NCBI GenBank assembly: GCA_027320085.1 | Contig: DAHVLZ010000037.1 | Location: 1 to 64,000, forward strand | Reading direction: 5' to 3' | DNA length: 64,000 nucleotides | From: Pseudomonadota bacterium | GTDB taxonomy: Bacteria > Pseudomonadota > Gammaproteobacteria > JAKAQQ01 | In this document: one piece after another, positions 18,258-26,816 of the stretch | Layout of the letters: each line of letters begins with the position of its first letter | Position numbering within the stretch: position 1 is the first letter of the stretch | Notes under the pieces: model-generated | What the model saw: the letters and a program-made list of their open reading frames with translations, nothing else | Databases searched by the model: none | Told to the model about the DNA's origin: nothing | Position numbers and translations under genes: made by a program

Positions 18258-19278
18258 GAACGGCTCCCCGCACCGGAAACTCGTCAGTCCGGTCCCGCTC
18301 GAGCAGTCCGGCGAGTGTCCGTAACGGATCTGCGCCTTGGTACAGCACGGCATAAAGGGCCTGGGTGATGGGCATGGCTACCGCGCACTGCCGGCGTCTT
18401 TGCTCAAGGGCCGCGAGTGTTCGGACACCCTCGGTCACCTGTCCAATCTTCCTGTGGGCTTCCTCGACCGAGTATCCTTCCGCGAGGAGCCGGCCCAGGC
18501 GTCGGTTGCGGGACTGGTCGTCCGTGGCCGTGAGGATGAGATCACCTACGCCGGAAAGGCCCATGAAGGTCTCCGCCTCCGCTCCCAGTCTTGTTCCGAG
18601 GCGCATAAGTTCAGCCAGGCCACGGGTGGCCAAGGCGGAGCGGGCATTGGCCCCCATGCCGAGTCCGTCCGAGAGCCCGGCACCGATCGCGATCACATTT
18701 TTGCCGGCTCCGCCGAGAGCTACGCCGACGAGGTCGTGCCCAAGGTAGATTCGGAAGACCGGGTTATGGAGCACCGTGGCAAAGAACTGGGCGGTGACCG
18801 CATCTTCAGAGGCTAAGGTCACTGCGGTTGGTAGCTCGCGAATGACCTCGCCCGCGAAACTTGGCCCGGAAAGCAGGGCCAGTGGCTGGCGGGGCAAACA
18901 CTCGCGCCCTACCTCATGCGGCAGGAGCGTCGTCTCCCGTTCCATGCCCTTGGTGGCGATGAGGAGTGGACAGCCTGAATGGAGCCCCGCTAAGACAGCT
19001 TGCTCCAAGATATTGCGCAGGGCTTCACTGGGGACGGCCACGATGATGCCTTGGATCCCGGTGACGGCTGAGGAGAGATCGGCTGTCGGGATCAGAGTCT
19101 CGGGCAACGTTCCTCCGGGCAGGTAACGGGTATTGCACCGGCTGGCAGCCATGGCGGAGATGGCTTCCCGATCGCGCCCCCATAGACTCACATTGTGACC
19201 GTTGCGGCCGAGGTGTACCGCCAGTGCGGTTCCCCAAGATCCGGCACCGAGAACCGCTAGACGGGATTTTGGGTTCAC
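18247..19278 (-). CDS. gpsA: Glycerol-3-phosphate dehydrogenase (NAD(P)+)
   Basis: GAGSWGTALA, TKG.E, SGPSFA.E, KNVIAI, GDLILT.T..QSRN; follows secB. Confidence 0.95.
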   Translation of the reverse strand: MNPKSRLAVLGAGSWGTALAVHLGRNGHNVSLWGRDREAISAMAASRCNTRYLPGGTLPETLIPTADLSSAVTGIQGIIVAVPSEALRNILEQAVLAGLHSGCPLLIATKGMERETTLLPHEVGRECLPRQPLALLSGPSFAGEVIRELPTAVTLASEDAVTAQFFATVLHNPVFRIYLGHDLVGVALGGAGKNVIAIGAGLSDGLGMGANARSALATRGLAELMRLGTRLGAEAETFMGLSGVGDLILTATDDQSRNRRLGRLLAEGYSVEEAHRKIGQVTEGVRTLAALEQRRRQCAVAMPITQALYAVLYQGADPLRTLAGLLERDRTDEFPVRGAVHAE

Positions 19279-19285
19279 GCAGCCG

Positions 19286-19768
19286 TCAGGTGGTTGGGCC
19301 GTTGCTAGGGGCGGTTTGGTGTTGTCGGTAGAGCGCATCGAAGTCCATGGGCTGGAGAATCACGGGCGGAAAACCGCCCCGGCTGACGACGCTTCCTAAC
19401 AGTTCGCGCGCATACGGGTACAGCAGGGATGGTGCGTGGGCACCCAGAAGGGGTCCTTTTTCCGCTTCGCTGAACCCTCGGGAACGGAACACCCCAGCTT
19501 GGTGAATTTCCGCGAGGAAGACCACATGTTCCTGCCAGCGCGCTTCCAAGGTGATCGAAAGAACCACTTCGTTGAGATCCGGATTGTCCCGGATTCCATT
19601 TACGAGGGTCTGCAGGGTGATCTTGAGTTCGGGGGCGAGGTTGGGGGTGCCCAAGATGGCGGGAGAGGCCGGGGATTCGAACGAGCAATCTTTGAGGTAG
19701 ATTGCCTCAATTGTGAAAGATCGCTCGGCTGGGCTCTGGGTTTCGGGGAGGATGATGGGGTCTGTCAT
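19286..19768 (-). CDS. secB: Protein-export chaperone SecB
   Basis: IYLKDCSFESP, QAGVF, LYPYARE, GGFPP..L.P.DFDALY. Confidence 0.95.
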   Translation of the reverse strand: MTDPIILPETQSPAERSFTIEAIYLKDCSFESPASPAILGTPNLAPELKITLQTLVNGIRDNPDLNEVVLSITLEARWQEHVVFLAEIHQAGVFRSRGFSEAEKGPLLGAHAPSLLYPYARELLGSVVSRGGFPPVILQPMDFDALYRQHQTAPSNGPTT

Positions 19769-20052
19769 TTCGTGGTCAGCTCCGGTTGGCTGGGGTGGGG
19801 AGCGCCGACCAGTTCGAGAAGTTTGCCGGACCGCTCAATGGCGCTCAGTTCCTCATATCCTCCGATCGGCCGAGTTCCGAAAAAGATCTGGGGGACAGTT
19901 CGCTGGCCGGTCATTTCAACCAAGCGTGACCGTATTTCCGGATCTCCTGAAACGTCGATTTCCCGATATGGCAACTGATGTCGGTCGAAGAGCGCCTTCG
20001 CCATCCGACAGTAACCGCACTGGGGGGTTGTGTAAAGGAGGATCTCATTCAT
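19765..20052 (-). CDS. grxC: Glutaredoxin 3
   Basis: CGYC active site, TVPQIF, IGG; conserved rhodanese-grxC-secB order. Confidence 0.92.
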   Translation of the reverse strand: MNEILLYTTPQCGYCRMAKALFDRHQLPYREIDVSGDPEIRSRLVEMTGQRTVPQIFFGTRPIGGYEELSAIERSGKLLELVGAPHPSQPELTTK

Positions 20053-20504
20053 CCGTTCTTGCCCTCGCGTCCCCGGATGACCGGGAAATGGTCCCTTTGC
20101 CATTGTGCCAGCCCATTCTTAAGGATGGCCAGAGGAATTGCAGCTTGGCCAGCAAGCTGTTTGGCCACTTTTGTGGACCGTTCCCCATTCTGGCAACAAA
20201 GGATGACGAGACTGGATTTGCCGGCCAATTCTAGGACACGTGAAGGAACGTCTTTTTCGTCAGTCCGGATGGCATTTGCAATGTGCCCGGTTTCAAAGGC
20301 CTGTCGGTCTCGCAGGTCGAGGACCGATGCCCCGCGGTTGGCGGACAGTGCCACGCTTTGGGAGTCCAGTTCCTGGTATCGCCGGCGTTTCTTTTCAATC
20401 AGGTCCGCAACGAGGAGGACCAAGATGATCACGAAGGCCCCGACCAGGAGGTAGTGGTGATGCGTAAAGATAGTGAACTGCCGGATCAGGAAGGGAATGG
20501 ACAC
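20049..20504 (-). CDS. Membrane-anchored rhodanese-domain protein (YibN-like)
   Basis: N-terminal TM, DLR...F..GHI..A, CQNGERS loop, LKNG...W. Confidence 0.85.
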   Translation of the reverse strand: MSIPFLIRQFTIFTHHHYLLVGAFVIILVLLVADLIEKKRRRYQELDSQSVALSANRGASVLDLRDRQAFETGHIANAIRTDEKDVPSRVLELAGKSSLVILCCQNGERSTKVAKQLAGQAAIPLAILKNGLAQWQRDHFPVIRGREGKNG

Positions 20505-20604
20505 ACCCGTCTGCCGATGGGAAATTTATGAGCGAAAATTATAGCCTATTCGTGTGCGGAGACCGGATTTGCAACCCCGTGGGTGCCCTGCCCTTTCTGG
20601 ATGG

Positions 20605-21765
20605 GTGCTTATTCGCGAATGGTGGATTCCATCAGGTTTTGTCCTGCTTTCCAGTGTGGCTGCAGCGGCATGGGCCGGGGGGCGTCCGCCGCTGGCGCAC
20701 TCGACCCGCCTAGCCCGTCTCCAGCACGAAATGCGGGGCATTTCCCAAGCCCTGGCCCACTCGAAAGCCCGTGCAGTACGGACCCGCCTCGCCTTGCGTC
20801 ATACCGTGCAGCGGATCCAGGCCAACCGGGTCAGGCTCGTGGAGATCAGTCGGCGGATTACTGAGGAAGACAAACGAAAAACCCATCTGGATCGGCGTGA
20901 GCAGATCTTGGAGGTCCAGTTGCACGAGAGCCGTAAGCAACTGCTCCATCTCATGCAGGTTCGCTTTATGCTCGGATCGAAGCAGCGATTACGGTTTTTG
21001 CTGGAAAGCGGGTCGGTTGACCGGCTCGACCGGCTGTTAGGTGAGTGGCGATGGCTCGATCAGGCGGCTACGGTCAGTCTCAAACGGGCCGAGCACCTCG
21101 AGCAGCAGATAACTCGCTCACGCTTGGCCGTCTCCCAGCTGCTGGACCGCCTGCGTGACATCCGTGCAGTGCGGGAGCGGTCGATGGTCATTCTCGGGGC
21201 GGATCGGGCCCGACACGCCGCGCTTCTTTATGCTCTCTCGAACCGGGTGAGTGCAGGCGAACTTCGCCTGCATGCAGTCCGGCTCCACTATCACGAATTG
21301 TCTACCCTGTTGGCGCATCTGCCCACCCGCACGGCACTCCCGAACGTCGGATCTGGTGCGGCCGAACGAATTCCCTTCGAGCATCTGCGCGGTCATCTCC
21401 CTTGGCCTGTTCGCGGAACGATCGTCCGTGGTTTCGGATCCGCCGAGGCGGGTGGCCTGCTTTTGAGTCATGGCCTCTGGATTGCCACCCAGTCAGAGGC
21501 GCAGGTCAGGGCGGTCGCCCATGGGCAGGTGGTTTTTTCAGGCTGGTTGCCGCATTTTGGGCTGCTTCTCATTGTTGCCCAAGGGCAGGGTTACTACACG
21601 GTTTATGCACGCAATGTCCTGCTGTACGAGCAGGTAGGGGATTGGGTCAATGCTGGGGATCCCCTCGGTCGTCTGGGGCCAGGCCATGCTGCCGAGCTGT
21701 ATTTCCAGATTCGTCGGGGTGCCCAACCCATCGATCCGGCCCCGTGGTTGACTCCGGGCGGATAG
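20605..21765 (+). CDS. envC: Murein hydrolase activator EnvC (coiled coil plus degenerate M23 domain)
   Basis: Signal-like N-terminus, long coiled coil, LPWPVRG..FG, G.VVFSGW, YYTVYA, LYFQIR...DP; zinc ligands degenerate as in EnvC. Start uncertain. Confidence 0.8.
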   Translation: MLIREWWIPSGFVLLSSVAAAAWAGGRPPLAHSTRLARLQHEMRGISQALAHSKARAVRTRLALRHTVQRIQANRVRLVEISRRITEEDKRKTHLDRREQILEVQLHESRKQLLHLMQVRFMLGSKQRLRFLLESGSVDRLDRLLGEWRWLDQAATVSLKRAEHLEQQITRSRLAVSQLLDRLRDIRAVRERSMVILGADRARHAALLYALSNRVSAGELRLHAVRLHYHELSTLLAHLPTRTALPNVGSGAAERIPFEHLRGHLPWPVRGTIVRGFGSAEAGGLLLSHGLWIATQSEAQVRAVAHGQVVFSGWLPHFGLLLIVAQGQGYYTVYARNVLLYEQVGDWVNAGDPLGRLGPGHAAELYFQIRRGAQPIDPAPWLTPGG

Positions 21766-21845
21766 TTTCAGGCCCATCTGCACGCGGATAATCTCACCCG
21801 CATCCCCAAGCTCTTTGTATCGGAAGATTGAATGTCTTGGGGGAC

Positions 21846-22436
21846 CTAAGAGTTCCGCATGCAAAGAGGGCTCGTACGGGGGAAATGTGCCTTCAGGAAC
21901 TCCATTTGGTCGGCCAGGATCCGGCGTCCCTTGAGGTAGATGTACTCGGCGTGGTTGGGGGCGAAGGGGATGGCCAACAGGCTGAGCCCGGCTTCCTCCG
22001 GGGTACGCCCGGCCTTGCGATTGTTGCAACGCTTGCAGGCTGTGACCGAGTTAGTCCATTCGTCTCGGCCGCCGCGTGACAGTGGTGTCACGTGATCCCG
22101 GGAAAGCTGGTTCGCCGGGAAGGAATCCCCACAGTAGAGACAGAGGTGAGCGTCACGTCTGAACAGGGCACGATTGCTCAAGGGAGGAATGTAGTCACGG
22201 AAAACACGGTCGTAGAGTGCGCCGTCGGCACGTGTTGCCAAGATGGCATGGATCGTGATGCGACTCTGTCTTCCAGTCACGGCATTGGTACCGCCGTGGA
22301 TGTGGTAGAGCATCCGGCCGAAGGTTGCGCACACCTCACTCAGGCAATGCAGCTTGACGGCTTCTTGGTAGCCGATCCACTCGAGCGGGACTCCCGCCGG
22401 GTCGGTGCGCAGCACCTGTTGGTTCAGGGCGTACAT
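21846..22436 (-). CDS. HNH endonuclease (McrA-like, Zn-finger)
   Basis: LF.RD..CLYCG, SRDHVTPLSRGG..W.N.VTACKRCNNRK. Confidence 0.9.
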   Translation of the reverse strand: MYALNQQVLRTDPAGVPLEWIGYQEAVKLHCLSEVCATFGRMLYHIHGGTNAVTGRQSRITIHAILATRADGALYDRVFRDYIPPLSNRALFRRDAHLCLYCGDSFPANQLSRDHVTPLSRGGRDEWTNSVTACKRCNNRKAGRTPEEAGLSLLAIPFAPNHAEYIYLKGRRILADQMEFLKAHFPRTSPLCMRNS

Positions 22437-22540
22437 GTGATGGATTGTACACGCTTTCCCGCAGGCGAAAAGCCCCCTTTCCCCGCCTTCATGCGGCCAT
22501 CCGTTACAATCACGCTGTCACCCAACCTAAGGATTCCGGC

Positions 22541-23659
22541 ATGCGGTTGTTTGTTCCCTCCCTGGCTACCTCGGGGGACAAGCGTGTTGCGGTTGTCCCA
22601 CAGCTTATCGAGCGATTCGAAGCGTTGGGTTTTACGATCGGAGTTGAACGCGGGGCTGGACTGGCGGCGGGTTTCCCCGATGAGGCCTATGGGCCCCATC
22701 TGGTGGACGCCGGGGCCATGGCCGGAGCAGATCTTGTGCTGACGCTTGGAGGGCTTCCGGGAGTGGAACGGCTGACGCCGGGAACCCGCCTGCTGGGGTT
22801 GCTGAGACCTTGGGCGCAGGCCGAGCTCGGCGGCCGCTTGGCTGCGCTCAGCACGACCGCCTGGGCGCTTGAATACCTGCCACGGATCTCCCGGGCCCAG
22901 TCAATGGATGCACTTTCCTCACAGGCCACCTGTGCTGGGTACCGGGGCGCCATTCTTGCAGCAGAAGCCTCCGGCCATGTGTTTCCCCTCCTCACGACTG
23001 CAGCGGGCACGCTGCGTCCAGCCGAGGTTCTGGTCTTGGGGGCCGGTGTCGCCGGGCTCCAAGCCATTGCCACGGCACGTCGTCTGGGTGCTCGGGTTGC
23101 GGGTTACGATATCCGCCCCGAGGCTCGAGAACAGATCCTCTCGCTCGGCGCGCGAGCCGTTGAATCTGCGCTTACTGCCGGCGGCCAAGGCGGATACGGA
23201 CGCGAGCTCACTGCTGATGAACGACAGCGGGAAAGGGAACTTTTGGAGCGCGAGATCCGTGCGGCGAACGTGATCATTGCCGCTGCGTTTGTTCCCGGAC
23301 GCTCGGCTCCCTGCTTGATCCGGTCTGAAGACGTGGATGCACTCGCACCCGGTAGTGTCATTGTTGATCTGGCTGCGGACGAAGGGGGCAACTGTGCCTT
23401 GAGTCGTCCGGGCGAGATCGTGTCACGGGCAGGGGTTCGTATCCTGGCGCCCCGCTTGCCCGCTGCGGATCTGGCGTGGCATGCGAGTGAAATGTATTGC
23501 CGGAATCTCTGGCACTTCCTGAAGTCCGCTGTGGCCGATGGGAAGTGGGCAGTGGACTGGTCGGATCCGGTCTACCGCGAGACTCTCTGGACTCATGCGG
23601 GCCGAATCCGTCCGGTCGGCGAAGCTCCACTTACGGTCACCGAGGATCCGTCGACATGA
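22541..23659 (+). CDS. pntAA: NAD(P) transhydrogenase alpha-1 subunit (domain I)
   Basis: RVAVVP, VERGAG, RISRAQSMDALSSQA, GAGVAGLQAI, VDLAA..GGNC. Confidence 0.92.
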   Translation: MRLFVPSLATSGDKRVAVVPQLIERFEALGFTIGVERGAGLAAGFPDEAYGPHLVDAGAMAGADLVLTLGGLPGVERLTPGTRLLGLLRPWAQAELGGRLAALSTTAWALEYLPRISRAQSMDALSSQATCAGYRGAILAAEASGHVFPLLTTAAGTLRPAEVLVLGAGVAGLQAIATARRLGARVAGYDIRPEAREQILSLGARAVESALTAGGQGGYGRELTADERQRERELLEREIRAANVIIAAAFVPGRSAPCLIRSEDVDALAPGSVIVDLAADEGGNCALSRPGEIVSRAGVRILAPRLPAADLAWHASEMYCRNLWHFLKSAVADGKWAVDWSDPVYRETLWTHAGRIRPVGEAPLTVTEDPST

Positions 23660-23946
23660 ACGATGCCTTTGTGTTGTTACTTGCGGCTTTTACCGGATAC
23701 GAGATCATTTCCCGAGTTCCGGCACTTCTCCATACCCCGCTCATGTCTGGCACGAATTTCATCCATGGGATCATTCTAGTGGGATCGCTTCTCCTCTTTT
23801 TCACTGCACAGGGTTCAACGGCTCAGGTCCTGGCCTGGATTGGCATCGTTCTGGCTTCAGCCAACGTGGTCGGTGGTTTCGTGACGACAGAGCGGATGTT
23901 GGCTTTATTCCGGAGCGGGCGCCAGGAGGAGGCACACGATGATTGA
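23656..23946 (+). CDS. pntAB: NAD(P) transhydrogenase alpha-2 subunit (membrane)
   Basis: ATGA overlap with pntAA; VPALLHTPLMSGTNFIHG; NVVGGF.TTERML. Confidence 0.92.
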   Translation: MNDAFVLLLAAFTGYEIISRVPALLHTPLMSGTNFIHGIILVGSLLLFFTAQGSTAQVLAWIGIVLASANVVGGFVTTERMLALFRSGRQEEAHDD

Positions 23947-25312
23947 GGGGGGGCTGGTTGCGGATCTCATTGCCTGTGCGCTCCTGATCGGTGGAGTCAA
24001 GGCCATGAGCCATCCCCGTCATGCTCGACGCGGCATTTTCATCGCCGGGGTGGGGATGCTGGTTGCGATTCTCGGTAATGCCATCTTCGGTCCAACCGTG
24101 ACGGGCATGCGGGCCGCGCTCGCGTTAGCAGCCATTGCCTTGGGTGGAGGGCTCGCCTGGTACGAGAGCCGACGTGTGGCCATGACCGCCATGCCCCAGA
24201 TGGTGGCCCTTTTCAATGGATTGGGCGGTGGCGCTGCAGCACTCATCGTGGTGACTCGCCTCTTCGAACCTGGCCGGCCTGCCGGCCCATTCCTCGTTTT
24301 AGGGTGTTTGGCCCTTGCGATTGGCGGTCTGTCTTTCGGAGGTAGCGGAGTCGCGCTGATCAAGCTGGCCGGCCGGTGGAGCAAACCTCTGCGCTTTCGG
24401 TTCCAGAACGGGGTGCATGCCGTTCTCGTTTTGGTGATCCTCGGACTCGGTACCGGGCTTCTTCTTCATGTAGGTCCCCGCAGTGGGTTCGTGGTTCTGC
24501 TCGCGATCCTGAGTGTGCTACTGGGTGTGGGTGCAGCAGCTCCCATCGGCGGCGCCGACATGCCGGTTGTCATCTCGCTCTACAACGCCCTGACCGGAGT
24601 TGCGGTTGGGGTTGACGGACTCATGCTCGGGAATCCGGCCCTGATCGTCGCGGGAACCGTGGTTGGTGCGTCGGGTATCCTGTTGACCCGTCTCATGGCC
24701 CGTGCCATGAACCGTTCCCTGGGGCAGGTCCTGTTCGCCCATTTCGGTGAGGTCTCCGGAGTCGACGGTTCCGGTAGCGGAACCTTCAAGGAGATGGATC
24801 TCGCGGACGCAGCGGTGACACTGGCCTACGCACGGCGGGTCCGGGTCGTTCCCGGGTACGGGCTCGCCACCGCCCAAGCCCAGCACAAACTGGCCGAACT
24901 CACCGAACTTCTTCGCCAGCGTAATGTGGAGGTCCGTTTTGCGATTCACCCCGTGGCGGGGCGCATGCCCGGGCACATGAACGTGCTCCTTGCGGAAGCC
25001 GGTGTCCCTTACGATCTTGTCCAGGATCTCGAAGAGGCTAATCCGGAGTTTCCCCAAATCGACGTCGCGCTTGTGATCGGGGCCAACGATGTGGTGAATC
25101 CCGGTGCCCGCAACAACCCGTCAAGCCCGTTATATGGAATGCCGGTTCTCGATGCCGACCGCGCCCGCCGGACGCTTGTCATTAAGCGGGGACGGGGAAC
25201 CGGATTTGCGGGGGTCGAAAATCCACTGTTTTCAGCGGAGTCGACTTATCTGCTGTATGGCGATGCCAAGGCGGTTCTCGGGCAACTGGTCGGTGCCGTC
25301 AAGTCACTCTAA
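23939..25312 (+). CDS. pntB: NAD(P) transhydrogenase beta subunit
   Basis: MPQMVALFNGLGG, IGGADMPVVISL.N, VPGYG.A.AQAQ, HPVAGRMPGHMNVLLAEA, GANDVVNP. Confidence 0.95.
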   Translation: MIEGGLVADLIACALLIGGVKAMSHPRHARRGIFIAGVGMLVAILGNAIFGPTVTGMRAALALAAIALGGGLAWYESRRVAMTAMPQMVALFNGLGGGAAALIVVTRLFEPGRPAGPFLVLGCLALAIGGLSFGGSGVALIKLAGRWSKPLRFRFQNGVHAVLVLVILGLGTGLLLHVGPRSGFVVLLAILSVLLGVGAAAPIGGADMPVVISLYNALTGVAVGVDGLMLGNPALIVAGTVVGASGILLTRLMARAMNRSLGQVLFAHFGEVSGVDGSGSGTFKEMDLADAAVTLAYARRVRVVPGYGLATAQAQHKLAELTELLRQRNVEVRFAIHPVAGRMPGHMNVLLAEAGVPYDLVQDLEEANPEFPQIDVALVIGANDVVNPGARNNPSSPLYGMPVLDADRARRTLVIKRGRGTGFAGVENPLFSAESTYLLYGDAKAVLGQLVGAVKSL

Positions 25313-25766
25313 CGTGATTCCATCGGCCGAAGGCGTGTGGAATATGCCGACCCTTGGGGTGATGCCGGAGCCAACGCCGATGCTGTATCGGTCTGAGTTT
25401 GCGCCAGTGTTTGAAGAGTGCCCTGCGCCGATCCGGCGGTAGTTTCCGGAAGCGTCGGTAGGCGTTCCGGATCCTGTTGCGCAGGGCTGGCGGCAGACGA
25501 TGCCAACGGCGCCAGTTCCGGAGGACACGCTGCCGCTCCCGGGGATTCATGCGTAGCCAGCGCCGGGCACGCTTGAGGAGAAGCAACTGGCGACCGGGTG
25601 GCAAATGGTTCCAACGCCGTGACCAGGGAGAAAGCAGGGGGCGCAAGGGCTCAGGAATTCTGGCTGGTGGCGGTGGTGCAGCCCACCCGGTCGCGGGAAG
25701 GCTGGCCACGAGTGCACAAAAAAACATGGCCCGGCCGGCTCCACGACAGACTATTTTCTGAGTCAC
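25299..25766 (-). CDS. DUF3106-like periplasmic helical repeat protein
   Basis: Signal-like N-terminus; repeated W..LPP..R units; third gene of the ECF sigma operon. Confidence 0.7.
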   Translation of the reverse strand: MTQKIVCRGAGRAMFFCALVASLPATGWAAPPPPARIPEPLRPLLSPWSRRWNHLPPGRQLLLLKRARRWLRMNPRERQRVLRNWRRWHRLPPALRNRIRNAYRRFRKLPPDRRRALFKHWRKLRPIQHRRWLRHHPKGRHIPHAFGRWNHVRVT

Positions 25767-25773
25767 GGCCAGG

Positions 25774-26133
25774 TCAGCCCAACCGGGCTTTCTCGTGAAG
25801 AGCGAGCCAGCGGTAAAAGGACAGGTGTTCATACAGCCGGGCATCCCCGCGACCCAGGAGGCGGGAAGGTGCGTTCACAATTTCCGGGTGCGCCGGTCCC
25901 AATTGTGGGCCCGGAGTCGGAAGCACGAAAAACAGACCGATGGCCACCACGGCAAGAGTGGCGCTGGAGAAAATCCAGAGCCAGCGCCGAAATGGCGATC
26001 GGGGTCTGTGCCCCAGCGCTTGATTGCGGGCCCGTGCCAACGCCGTCCAAGTTTCTTGAGGAACGGTCTGCTCCCATACCTCGTAGTGAAAGCGAATCTT
26101 TTGGAACCAGGCCTCGTGAACAGGTTCCGTCAT
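25774..26133 (-). CDS. Putative anti-sigma factor (DUF3619-like)
   Basis: L..AR..AL, single TM, C-terminal LYEHLSFYRWL; ATGA-coupled to the sigma gene. Confidence 0.7.
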   Translation of the reverse strand: MTEPVHEAWFQKIRFHYEVWEQTVPQETWTALARARNQALGHRPRSPFRRWLWIFSSATLAVVAIGLFFVLPTPGPQLGPAHPEIVNAPSRLLGRGDARLYEHLSFYRWLALHEKARLG

Positions 26134-26750
26134 GACGGATCCTCCATCTGCTGACGCAAGGTATGCAAAGCCCGTGACAGGTGGGTTTTGATGCTGCCTT
26201 CGGAGCAACCCATGACCCGGGCCGTAGTCCGGACATCCCAGCCCTCAAGTAGACGCAAGATGAAAGCCTCGCGCTGCCGGCGCGGGAGCGATTCGATGAT
26301 CCGCGACAATCGCTCGAGATCACGCGCACGTTCAAAGGCGACCTCGGGCTGGTTCCGTTCTGCTGCAGGCAGGTTGGCCAGGATATCAGTCACTTCCTCA
26401 GTCGAGTCACCCGATGGTCGGAAGGCCGCCATCACCGGTCGGCGATGGCGGGCCCGATGGAGATCCTGGATCTGGTTATGGAGGATGCGAAAGAACAGAG
26501 GAGGCCATTCAGAAGCTGGTTTTTGCCCATAGTGACGCGTCAGCTTGAGCATGGACTCCTGGACGGCATCTAGGGCATCATCCCGCTGGCCCAGGGCAAA
26601 TGAGGCGATGCGCAGGGCCTTGCGCTCGACGTCCAGAAGGAAGCGTTCGAGTTCGGCCCGTCGCTCCAGAGGTTTTCCATCCCGCCGAACGGCCATGCGA
26701 GGCCCGAATGAGAGCGCCGACTCGTCTATCATCCTCGTAAATGCTGCCAT
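26130..26750 (-). CDS. ECF RNA polymerase sigma factor
   Basis: DALDAVQESMLKL (region 2), LFFRILHNQI.D, LPRRQREAF.LR..EG, GCSEGSIKTHLSRA (region 4). Start uncertain. Confidence 0.92.
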   Translation of the reverse strand: MAAFTRMIDESALSFGPRMAVRRDGKPLERRAELERFLLDVERKALRIASFALGQRDDALDAVQESMLKLTRHYGQKPASEWPPLFFRILHNQIQDLHRARHRRPVMAAFRPSGDSTEEVTDILANLPAAERNQPEVAFERARDLERLSRIIESLPRRQREAFILRLLEGWDVRTTARVMGCSEGSIKTHLSRALHTLRQQMEDPS

Positions 26751-26816
26751 CGTCGACTGTGACCGATTTTATGCTGGGGTCTACTGGGTTAACGCAACCG
26801 GTGGGGGGGGGTTGAC

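Noticed and set aside
21846-22436. HNH nuclease as part of a defence system or mobile element
   Set aside because: Solitary gene among housekeeping genes with no methylase, ATPase, repeats or integrase; looks like the common stand-alone HNH family.
22541-25312. Split pntA as a frameshift or pseudogene
   Set aside because: Three-gene transhydrogenases are well known; the ATGA coupling and motifs are intact.
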